Part shown: one piece after another, positions 21,202 through 29,687 of the stretch
How positions within the stretch are numbered: position 1 is the stretch's first letter
How the letters are laid out: each line of letters starts with the position of its first letter
Assembly: GCA_018816445.1 (NCBI GenBank)
Contig: JAHIVO010000001.1
Span: 8,354 to 72,353, forward strand
Reading direction: 5' to 3'
Source of the DNA: Patescibacteria group bacterium
GTDB lineage: Bacteria; Patescibacteriota; Patescibacteriia; UBA10025; JAHIVO01
Length of the DNA: 64,000 bases
The notes under the pieces: generated by a model
What the model was told of the DNA's origin: nothing
The model's input: only the letters and a program-made list of their open reading frames with translations
Databases searched by the model: none
Position numbers and translations under genes: made by a program

Positions 21202-21420
21202 TTATAAATAATCTAAATTTTTTAATCTATCGCGTACTCTTTTTTCATCTTCTTTGGTAAATCCCTTTTTTTCTTCATAGGAAGAAGAAACTAATTGTCT
21301 TAGCACATAAATTACATAACTGGAAACAGAATGAAAACCCGTACCGCTGATTTTTTCTTTTAATTTTTCATTAAGTTGAACTGGAATAGAGATGGTAGTA
21401 TATCTTTTTTCATTTTTCAT
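21202..21420 (-). CDS. Small ribbon-helix-helix (CopG-like) protein with RLKNLDYL C-terminal tail
   Basis: YTTISIP (beta strand), EKLKEKI, GFHSVSSYVIYVLRQLV, EDEKRVRDRLKNLDYL. Confidence 0.8.
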   Translation of the reverse strand: MKNEKRYTTISIPVQLNEKLKEKISGTGFHSVSSYVIYVLRQLVSSSYEEKKGFTKEDEKRVRDRLKNLDYL

Positions 21421-21450
21421 AGGTTTTTTAACTAATAATTGAATATGTTT

Positions 21451-21479
21451 ATAATATAATTAATTAATTATATAGTCAA
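21451..21479 (-). promoter_or_regulatory. Sigma70-type promoter of the RHH-cysDN operon
   Basis: TTGACT-N17-TATTAT on the minus strand; the spacer lies inside a 20-bp palindrome (21454-21473). Confidence 0.6.
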
Positions 21480-21619
21480 GCATTTTAATTAAATATAATG
21501 ATAATATTTGATTAATTCCTAATATTAGCTAAATATATATTTTACTAAGATATAATCTTGGTTATTGAATCGAAACTAATGTATAATTTATCTATAATTT
21601 TCAATGAAATATTTATTAT

Positions 21620-23155
21620 ATGATTAAGAAATCAACACTTTTTTTTACGGTATTCTCCATTTTGTTTGTATTGTTATGCTTCTATTCTTTTTTTATTGAT
21701 TTATACCCACAAAAAAGCAATACAGATTTATGGACACATTTGGCAATTATCAATGAATTAAAAGTTAATGATTATTCAGAAGTTAATGCGCCATTTTTTA
21801 CTGATGGAGAGAATGATCCACGTAGTGGGATATATTTAACTGGTATAGCTTTAGTGTCAAAAATATTTAATATTTCAACTATAAATACATATTTGTTTTT
21901 TGGAATAATTAATATAATATTTTTTCTAATATGCAGCTTTTTATTTAGTAAACACTTTTTAAAAAGTAAATATAATTATTTATTTCCATTATTACTAATT
22001 TTTTTATGGGGTCCCAGTAGGAATATTTATGCAGGCATGTTTTCCTTAAATGAAATTTTATGGATAGGTCCATTCTATCATTTTTTTACTTTCAGTTTAT
22101 TACTATTGTCATTGATTTATGCTGACAAGCTAATTGAGCAAAAAAGAAGCGTATCTTCTTATTTATTAGTGATAATTCCAGTATTCGTGTTATATAATAC
22201 ACATATGCTGACAGGAATTATTTTTTTTGTTGCTCTATACGCCCTGATCACTGCAAAAATAATAAATTATAAAAAAATAACAAGAGAACTTATTTTTTTA
22301 TTTAGTATTCCATTCTTATGTTTTTTATTAAATTTTTTATGGCCCTTGTATGATCAATGGAATTATTTTTTTAATAGGGGTGCAGTAAATGCCATACAAG
22401 ACGTTAATAATTCGGAAACCTATAGAGGCTTAGATTATTATTGGAAATACATTAATTCATGGATTTTGGTTGGTGGTTTAAGTTTGCTAGGAATTATTTT
22501 TAGTCCGAAAAACAAAAAATATTTTACATTTATAATATTATTATTTATTATTACTTTGATCATAATATTTTCAGGCTTAACACCTTGGCCTATACAATTT
22601 TATTGGAGATTCTTCCCTTTAATTGTCTTGGCCGGCGTTATGGGCTGGATGTCCCTTTTTCAAATTATTAATAAAAGGTTAATATTCATCCTTATTGCAC
22701 TTATTATAATAATTGGGCTACTTTTCACGATGAATAAAATGGTTGTATTTAAAGATTGGGAGCCATATACATATCAGCAATCCCAATATCAATCTGAATC
22801 AATATCTTATGATATTTTAAATAATATATCAAAAAAAAGTGTTGTTTTTACGGATGAAGTTGAATCACATATTTTATCAGGATTAACAGGGTTAAACGTT
22901 GTTGGCGTCAGACCATCTCATGCTGGCTTTAATCAAACTGATATACAAAATCAAGGCTACGATAATATTAAGGCAGCATACGAAGAACCTGAAAAAATTG
23001 ATGAACTTATCCCAAAATATCAAATAACACATATTTTATTAAAAAGAAAAATATCAGAAAAAAACTTTTTATTATCTCAGTATGTTAATAATAAATACAG
23101 GTTGATTGATATTAGTGATGATTTTTATTTGTATTACGTTGGTAATGACTTATGA
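21620..23155 (+). CDS. Polytopic membrane protein, GT-C/STT3-like architecture
   Basis: DLWTH in the first external loop, many TM segments, WRFF, C-terminal soluble domain VFTDEVES...KYQITHILL. Confidence 0.6.
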   Translation: MIKKSTLFFTVFSILFVLLCFYSFFIDLYPQKSNTDLWTHLAIINELKVNDYSEVNAPFFTDGENDPRSGIYLTGIALVSKIFNISTINTYLFFGIINIIFFLICSFLFSKHFLKSKYNYLFPLLLIFLWGPSRNIYAGMFSLNEILWIGPFYHFFTFSLLLLSLIYADKLIEQKRSVSSYLLVIIPVFVLYNTHMLTGIIFFVALYALITAKIINYKKITRELIFLFSIPFLCFLLNFLWPLYDQWNYFFNRGAVNAIQDVNNSETYRGLDYYWKYINSWILVGGLSLLGIIFSPKNKKYFTFIILLFIITLIIIFSGLTPWPIQFYWRFFPLIVLAGVMGWMSLFQIINKRLIFILIALIIIIGLLFTMNKMVVFKDWEPYTYQQSQYQSESISYDILNNISKKSVVFTDEVESHILSGLTGLNVVGVRPSHAGFNQTDIQNQGYDNIKAAYEEPEKIDELIPKYQITHILLKRKISEKNFLLSQYVNNKYRLIDISDDFYLYYVGNDL

Positions 23156-23168
23156 TGAAGCAAGTCAT

Positions 23169-24719
23169 TTACTTGCTTAGAGTTACGTCGATTGCATTAA
23201 TTTTTACTAAGCTTTGATTTTTCTGTAAGTCGGGAATGTTAATAGAAAAAATTATTTTTCCTTCATAAAAGTAATCACTATCTAGATTAAAACTGGTTTG
23301 TGATATATAATTATTTTCAAATTCTTGAGGCGGATTATAACTTGATAAAAGATATTCATAATTTGAAATAGCATCAATTTCTATAGTATTAAGTTTTTTC
23401 ATCCCCAATGGGGTTGGATTAAAAAATGAGTTTTCAGAAAAAGAAAAATATCCAGTGATGGCATCATTATTTTGGACTAACAAATGATTTTTTTCAAGCA
23501 CTATCTTATTTAAAGTATCACCGGAAAGATTAACAATTTTTGGGGCTTCTTCAAGTCTGGTAGAATCTAAAATTAAAATATGGTCATCATTAATTGAAAT
23601 TGTTTGATTTGAAGCGGGGATATGCCAAGCTGGAATTTTTATGGACAAAGCATTAGTATAAATTGAATGTTGATTAATTGATTCGGAAATATCGTCGCGT
23701 ATCATAACCGAATTTGCAATTACCAAGAGAGGTTGGTTAAGGATAATTTTTGTGAGAGAATCAGCTGAACCAGTTTTAATTTTATATAAACCACTTGGCA
23801 TGTTTTGAATGCTGATAATATCAGATTGTTTTGGCCCTAATTCATTATTAGCACTTATATTGCCGTCATCAGTAATTACTTGATTGCTAATAGCTTTATC
23901 GGTTGAACTTGTAATTGTAGTTTCTAAGGGATCCGCACCTTCATAATAATTAAAATCAACTTTTATTACTTCTAACTGTAGATCACCAGGTGAAGTAAGA
24001 TATGTGTAGGCGTTAAATGTCCCTTCTATGTATGGCGTAAAAGTTCTATCCTGTGTGAATGTTTTGCCCATAAGTGATTGAGCAACCATTTCTGACTGAT
24101 CTAGATTTGAATAATAATCCGCAATAGCATAATTGATTATAGGTTCTGAATTATTATCAGGTGATATTATATTATATACTTCCCTTGGTGGATTGGATAA
24201 AAAATCTTCAATAGAATTATATTTTTTGTTTTTTTGCCATAATGAAAGATCATCAGAAATGATATTTTCCCATGATAATTCGTTTAAATTAGGATTGAAT
24301 ATTGGTTTATATGAAATTGTATTATCAATATTTTTAATTCCGAGTAGAATATTGTTTGACCCATGGATGCTATAGTCAAGTTTAATATCTACCTTATTGA
24401 TTATATCTTCCTTTACGCCTGAAGGTAGTTGAATTTCAAATTCAGTTAAATCATTATTGATGATTTGGTTATCTATGCGATATTGTTGGCTGCCGTTTTG
24501 ACTAATGTATGACACATCTGATATTGGGGAAATAGGGGATATTAGTTGACTATTATCTGGATATGAATATAAAAAATGGACTTGATCCGAAAAAAATAAA
24601 AAATTTTTATTAAAAAGGCCAATAAATAGGATGATAGTAAAAATAATAATTACTTCTAAAATAATTCTTTTTAAAGTTGAAATTTTATCATTTTTTATAT
24701 AAAAGTTTGAAAAATTCAT
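23169..24719 (-). CDS. Exported/membrane-anchored hypothetical protein, paralogue of 48187..49728
   Basis: One N-terminal TM helix, then a long acidic polar domain; shares motifs with 48187. Confidence 0.75.
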   Translation of the reverse strand: MNFSNFYIKNDKISTLKRIILEVIIIFTIILFIGLFNKNFLFFSDQVHFLYSYPDNSQLISPISPISDVSYISQNGSQQYRIDNQIINNDLTEFEIQLPSGVKEDIINKVDIKLDYSIHGSNNILLGIKNIDNTISYKPIFNPNLNELSWENIISDDLSLWQKNKKYNSIEDFLSNPPREVYNIISPDNNSEPIINYAIADYYSNLDQSEMVAQSLMGKTFTQDRTFTPYIEGTFNAYTYLTSPGDLQLEVIKVDFNYYEGADPLETTITSSTDKAISNQVITDDGNISANNELGPKQSDIISIQNMPSGLYKIKTGSADSLTKIILNQPLLVIANSVMIRDDISESINQHSIYTNALSIKIPAWHIPASNQTISINDDHILILDSTRLEEAPKIVNLSGDTLNKIVLEKNHLLVQNNDAITGYFSFSENSFFNPTPLGMKKLNTIEIDAISNYEYLLSSYNPPQEFENNYISQTSFNLDSDYFYEGKIIFSINIPDLQKNQSLVKINAIDVTLSK

Positions 24720-24722
24720 AAC

Positions 24723-24751
24723 TTGAAAATTAGGCTAAATTTTGTTATATT
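24723..24751 (+). promoter_or_regulatory. Sigma70-type promoter
   Basis: TTGAAA-N17-TATATT with TG extension, upstream of 24788. Confidence 0.45.
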
Positions 24752-24787
24752 TATACTATATAAATATTGTAATGTTAATTTAAATAA

Positions 24788-25210
24788 ATGTCAAAAACAA
24801 ACGATAATAATAACAGTATAGCACGATCCAATCAATATCTTAGAGAGCTGGTAATTTCTATACTTGTAATTTTCCTCATTGTTTATATAATACTATTGAT
24901 TATTGAATTTAGTTTCAAAGGTTTTGTTAGTAATACAATTAATCCAAATTACCTACTATTAATAATAATTCCATTGGGAGTAATTTCGTCATTGCTATCA
25001 AGAAATCCATCTATAACTATAAATAGAAGAGCTACTACGGCAGTTAATTATTTATTGATATTTCTTCTATTAATTATCAATTTTTTTATTCTATATAACC
25101 AAAGGTCAAATTTTAGTAATAATTACCTAGTACTGTCAGTATTTACTGGTTTAATAATTTTTTTATTAGGTATATTCATCCTCATCCAAGATAATAAAAG
25201 TGAGAAATAA
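24788..25210 (+). CDS. Small 4-TM membrane protein, paralogue 2 of 3
   Basis: YIILLIIEFSFKGFVSNTINPNYLLL; hydrophobic. Confidence 0.7.
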   Translation: MSKTNDNNNSIARSNQYLRELVISILVIFLIVYIILLIIEFSFKGFVSNTINPNYLLLIIIPLGVISSLLSRNPSITINRRATTAVNYLLIFLLLIINFFILYNQRSNFSNNYLVLSVFTGLIIFLLGIFILIQDNKSEK

Positions 25211-25212
25211 TT

Positions 25213-25899
25213 ATGGATATATTCATTGTCATACCTGCATATAATGAAGAAAAGGTAATTAGGGGTGTACTCATTGATTTAAGAAATAATTTTAAGAATA
25301 TAATAATTATTGATGATGCCTCAGATGATAAGACTGTTCAGATTGCAGAACAGTTCGATATATTGGTTTTACGGCATCTAATAAATAGGGGGCAAGGTGC
25401 GGCTCTGAAAACAGGAATTATGTATGCCCTTAATCAAAAAGCTGATGTTATAGTTACTTTTGATGCTGATGGTCAGCATCATGCTGAAGATGTAAAAAAT
25501 TTAGTAAAGCCGATTATTGATGGTCAAGTGGAGGTAGTGTTAGGATCCCGTTTTTTGAATAATGATCAGTCGAGTAATATTCCTGTTTATAGAAAGATAA
25601 TTCTAAAACTTGCAGTAATTTTTACTAAGTTCTCATCAAAATTAAATATTACTGATACGCATAATGGGTTAAGGGCATTATCTTTCAAGGCAGCATCAAA
25701 AATTGAACTAAAGCAGGATAGAATGGCGCATGGCTCAGAGATATTAGACGAGATATATAAAAATAAATTATCATATATTGAGGTGCCAGTTAATATTACT
25801 TATACCAATTATTCAATGACAAAGGGAGGCGCCAATCAAAATCCTTCAGCTTTTATGAAAATATTATTTAAATATTTATTAGGGAGATTTATTAAATGA
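25213..25899 (+). CDS. GT2 polyprenol-phosphate glycosyltransferase (DPM-synthase-like)
   Basis: IPAYNEE, DDASDD, NRGQGAAL, TFDADGQH, GSRF, DTHNGLRA. Confidence 0.88.
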   Translation: MDIFIVIPAYNEEKVIRGVLIDLRNNFKNIIIIDDASDDKTVQIAEQFDILVLRHLINRGQGAALKTGIMYALNQKADVIVTFDADGQHHAEDVKNLVKPIIDGQVEVVLGSRFLNNDQSSNIPVYRKIILKLAVIFTKFSSKLNITDTHNGLRALSFKAASKIELKQDRMAHGSEILDEIYKNKLSYIEVPVNITYTNYSMTKGGANQNPSAFMKILFKYLLGRFIK

Positions 25900-26276
25900 T
25901 AATAAAAATATTAGTTTCAATATTTGTTTTATTCGCCGTTTCCAGGGTTTATTTAAGATATCGTGATGGGTCAGTACGAGTTATTGCTTTTATTGTTTGG
26001 TTATTGTTGTGGGGTGGTATTGCTTTTTTTGTTTGGTGGCCAAAGTTCAGTGATATTATTGCTAGCGGGGTTGGTATTGGCCGGGGTATTGACGCCTTAG
26101 TGTATATTTCAATAGTAGCCTTGTTCTATGCCATGTTTCGCGTTTATATAAAATTGGAATTTATAGAACATGAAATAACAAGTTTGGTGCGCAACCTGGC
26201 CTTATCAGATAAATTGAATAAGATAAAAGATAAACGCGACAATGAAAATGAAAAAAAGGATATTAGTAGCAACTGA
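25896..26276 (+). CDS. DUF2304-like membrane partner of the GT2
   Basis: GVGIGRGID...ITSLVRNLAL; ATGA-coupled to the GT2, a well-known gene pair. Confidence 0.75.
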   Translation: MIIKILVSIFVLFAVSRVYLRYRDGSVRVIAFIVWLLLWGGIAFFVWWPKFSDIIASGVGIGRGIDALVYISIVALFYAMFRVYIKLEFIEHEITSLVRNLALSDKLNKIKDKRDNENEKKDISSN

Positions 26277-27390
26277 GTTTTTCCCGAGGACAAAGGAAGG
26301 AGATGCTAGGGGAGGTGTAGAAATTCGAAGCTGGCAAGTAGCAAAGCGTCTGGCTAAACAATACGAGATTATTGTAATAACATCGCTTGAGGATAGCTTA
26401 CCCAAGGAAGATATTTTTTTTGATATTAGGGTTTTACGTGTGGGGCCCAGAAGAAGATACACCCAAAAAGGTGCGTTGGTAAAAAGGATTTTGTTCATGA
26501 TTGGAGTATATAGGAAGATTATAAAGTTAAAACCCCAGCTTGTAGATGCGCAGAGTATTATTACATATCTGCCTTCATTTTATGCTGCCAAAAAATTAAA
26601 TATTAAGTCAGTCATGACCTGCCATGATGTTTGGCAAGGCAGGTGGATGAAATTATTTGGTTTTATGGGAATAATTGGAGAAATATTTGAACGATTTTAT
26701 TTAAAATTGCCATGGAATAAGTTTATTGCTAATAGCCAATATACTAAAAATAGCTTAATAAAATCCGGAATAGATAATAATAAAATCGAGGTAGTCCATA
26801 ATGGTATTGATTTTCAATTAATAAATTCAATTAATGTTGAACAAAAAAACGATTTTTCAGTATGTTCAGTAACACGACTCGTAGATTATAAAAGAGTAAT
26901 TGATTTATTGCATGCCGTGGCACTGGTTAAGAATAAATTTCCAGACGTAAAATGCAATATAATTGGCAGTGGACCGGAATTAAATAATCTTAAAAATGCA
27001 GTAAAAAAATTAAAAATTGAATTAAATGTTAATTTTTTAGGTTTTGTGGATGAGTACAGGGAAGTAATTAGCGAAATAAAAAAGTCTAATGTATTTTGCT
27101 TAACTTCCACTGTAGAGGGGTTTGGTATAGTTATAGCTGAAGCGATGGCCTGCGGCACGCCGGTTGTGGCCACTGATATTAGTCCAATAAGAGAGGTTAC
27201 AAAAAATGGTCAGGGAGCAATATTATTTAAACCCAAGGATGTACAAGCCTTATCAAAAGCCATAATTAAAATATTTGGTGATAGACAAATCGCTAATGAT
27301 CTATCTAAAAAAGGAAAAGAAATTTCCTTAAACTATAATTGGAACAATCTTGCCGAGCTTACCTTGAAAATTTATCATGATTTAATATGA
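26242..27390 (+). CDS. GT4 glycosyltransferase
   Basis: GGVE, HNGID, RLVDYK, EGFGIVIAEAMACGTPVV. Confidence 0.9.
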   Translation: MKMKKRILVATEFFPRTKEGDARGGVEIRSWQVAKRLAKQYEIIVITSLEDSLPKEDIFFDIRVLRVGPRRRYTQKGALVKRILFMIGVYRKIIKLKPQLVDAQSIITYLPSFYAAKKLNIKSVMTCHDVWQGRWMKLFGFMGIIGEIFERFYLKLPWNKFIANSQYTKNSLIKSGIDNNKIEVVHNGIDFQLINSINVEQKNDFSVCSVTRLVDYKRVIDLLHAVALVKNKFPDVKCNIIGSGPELNNLKNAVKKLKIELNVNFLGFVDEYREVISEIKKSNVFCLTSTVEGFGIVIAEAMACGTPVVATDISPIREVTKNGQGAILFKPKDVQALSKAIIKIFGDRQIANDLSKKGKEISLNYNWNNLAELTLKIYHDLI

Positions 27391-28409
27391 GAATTGCCTT
27401 ATTAACTCCAACCTTTTCTAAATTCAGCGGTATTGATAGAGTTGTTGAGAATCAATTCCGAAAATTAACTCAGGAGGGAAATGAAGTGGTTGTAATGACT
27501 CTCGAGGCAGATATTAATGATGAAGATATTAAAGTTATAACAATTAAAAGTCTCCGAGGGCAGTTCTTACATAGACTATATCGTTTAATATTTTTTTTGG
27601 ATTTTCGTAAAATTAAAAAATCTGCAGAGCAACTTAAAGATTTTAACGTAATTTATAGCCACCAGTATCCTATGAATTTAATTGCCATGAGAGCTAAGAA
27701 AAAATATGGGATCAAATTTATTTATTATAATCACGGTATAGCATCGTTAAAAACGTTTACTAGCCTTATTGACAAGTTATATATTCAACTAATAAAGTCG
27801 CTATCCAATTGGACAGTAAAAAAATCAGATAAGGTAATTTCAATCAGTAAATATTTAAGAGACGTATTAAAAAGAGAAATAGGTATTGAGAGTGAGGTAG
27901 TTTATAATCTTGTTGATAAGGAGCGCTTTAATAGCAGTATAAGCGGATTAGTTGTAAAGAAAAAATATTCTTTAGAAAGTACGCCGGTTGTGCTGTATGT
28001 TGGTAGAATTTCACCTCACAAAGGAATTCATTTATTAATTAAATCTTTTAATATAGTTCTAGATAAAATTCCAAATGCAAAATTACTAATTGTCGGAAAA
28101 AAAACTTTTAATAATTATGCAAGAAAATTAGAAACATTGGCTGAAAAATCCGTAATATTTGCAGGCTATGTAAAGGATGATGAATTGCCTTTTTATTATG
28201 CTGCTTGCGATGTTTATGCTACAGCCAGTCTTTGGGAAGGATTTGATTTACCAATTGCTGAAGCACAGGCCTGCGGTAAGCCTGTTGTAGCTTATAATCT
28301 ATGTTCACACCCAGAGATAATTAATAAAAACGGTACACTTGTAAAGCCCAAAGATATCAATTCTTTTGCCAAGGCTATTATTAATACAATTAATAAAAAT
28401 GAAAAATAA
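27387..28409 (+). CDS. GT4 glycosyltransferase
   Basis: VGRISPHKG, EGFDLPIAEAQACGKPVV. Confidence 0.9.
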   Translation: MRIALLTPTFSKFSGIDRVVENQFRKLTQEGNEVVVMTLEADINDEDIKVITIKSLRGQFLHRLYRLIFFLDFRKIKKSAEQLKDFNVIYSHQYPMNLIAMRAKKKYGIKFIYYNHGIASLKTFTSLIDKLYIQLIKSLSNWTVKKSDKVISISKYLRDVLKREIGIESEVVYNLVDKERFNSSISGLVVKKKYSLESTPVVLYVGRISPHKGIHLLIKSFNIVLDKIPNAKLLIVGKKTFNNYARKLETLAEKSVIFAGYVKDDELPFYYAACDVYATASLWEGFDLPIAEAQACGKPVVAYNLCSHPEIINKNGTLVKPKDINSFAKAIINTINKNEK

Positions 28410-29496
28410 AACAGTTTTATTGGTGACACCTTCTTTTCCGCCAGCTACTAGTGGAGCGGCAACGTATTTTAGTAATTTAGTAAATAAATTAAAAAGTCGT
28501 CAGTCGTGGAAAATTATTGTATTAACCACTTCAAATTCTGATACCAAATTAATTGAAAAGAAAGATGGATATTTCATATACCGTTTAATTCCAAATATGC
28601 TCCATAGTTTTTTTCTGCTTAGAATTTTAATTTTACCACTGTTTTCATTTATTTCTATTTTTTATATATCATTAAAGTATCGAATTGAATTAATTCATTG
28701 CCATTCCAGTACGGCAATAACATTAGGTATTAGTTTTTATAGCGTAATTAGTAGAAAAAAATTAATATTTGAGGTGCAGGATCTAATGGCCTTGAGTTGG
28801 TTAATGAAGTTAGGAAATATTCAATTTTATATTGCAACCGGGAATCAAATAAAAAATAGATTAGTATCTTTTGGTATTTCAAAACAAAAAATTTTAACCA
28901 TTACATCAATTCCTCCGGAATCTTGCAGAGGTATAAAGTTAATGAAGAAAAAAAATGATAGTTTAACCTTTATTTATGTTGGTAGTTTAGATAAAAAGGT
29001 GAAAGGCATAGATATTTTACTACAAAGTTTTCAGACTTTGCTGCAAGAAAAAAAAGATATTAGACTAAAGATAATTGGTTTTGGTCCAGATAAAGATTTT
29101 TGCGAAAACTATATAAGCACTCAAGAATTACAAGAGAAGATTTTTATGTTAGGATCAAAGAGCAATCAAGAGACACTGCATGAAATTGCGAATTCAGATA
29201 TTTTAATACTACCCTCTAATTCTGAAGGAGTGCCCCGGGTGATATTAGAAGCTTTTTCTGTAGCTGTACCAGTTATTGCCAGTGGGGTGGGTGGTGTTCC
29301 TGATATAGTAAATAATAACAATGGCATTTTGGTGCCATCCGGAGATCGAATAGAATTATATAAGGCAATGCAAAAATTAGCTAACAACACATTATTATGC
29401 CAGCAGCTAGGAGAAAATGCTGCGCGTTATGTAAAAACTTTACCTACTTGGGACGAATTAACAGATCAGATTATTGAAGTTTATAATAAGGTATGA
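28399..29496 (+). CDS. GT4 glycosyltransferase
   Basis: FPPATSGAA, KGID, PSNSEGVPRVILEA; start moved to ATG 28399. Confidence 0.88.
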   Translation: MKNKTVLLVTPSFPPATSGAATYFSNLVNKLKSRQSWKIIVLTTSNSDTKLIEKKDGYFIYRLIPNMLHSFFLLRILILPLFSFISIFYISLKYRIELIHCHSSTAITLGISFYSVISRKKLIFEVQDLMALSWLMKLGNIQFYIATGNQIKNRLVSFGISKQKILTITSIPPESCRGIKLMKKKNDSLTFIYVGSLDKKVKGIDILLQSFQTLLQEKKDIRLKIIGFGPDKDFCENYISTQELQEKIFMLGSKSNQETLHEIANSDILILPSNSEGVPRVILEAFSVAVPVIASGVGGVPDIVNNNNGILVPSGDRIELYKAMQKLANNTLLCQQLGENAARYVKTLPTWDELTDQIIEVYNKV

Positions 29497-29687
29497 ATTT
29501 TTTTACTATAGTTTATTTACCAGTAATTTTAATAAAATTTTTATTATCCTTGGTTATTCCAGATTTTCTCCAAACCTTTATACCATTTGCATCTTTATTG
29601 ATTGGTATTGTCATTAGTAGTGTAATAATTCTATTTGTATTATTCGCTATTGTACAGATTGGTAAACAGAATAATAAGGATATTTAA
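29493..29687 (+). CDS. Possible small 2-TM membrane protein
   Basis: ATGA-coupled to the upstream GT4 and hydrophobic, but overlaps the 3' end of the convergent gene by 41 bp. Confidence 0.35.
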   Translation: MNFFTIVYLPVILIKFLLSLVIPDFLQTFIPFASLLIGIVISSVIILFVLFAIVQIGKQNNKDI

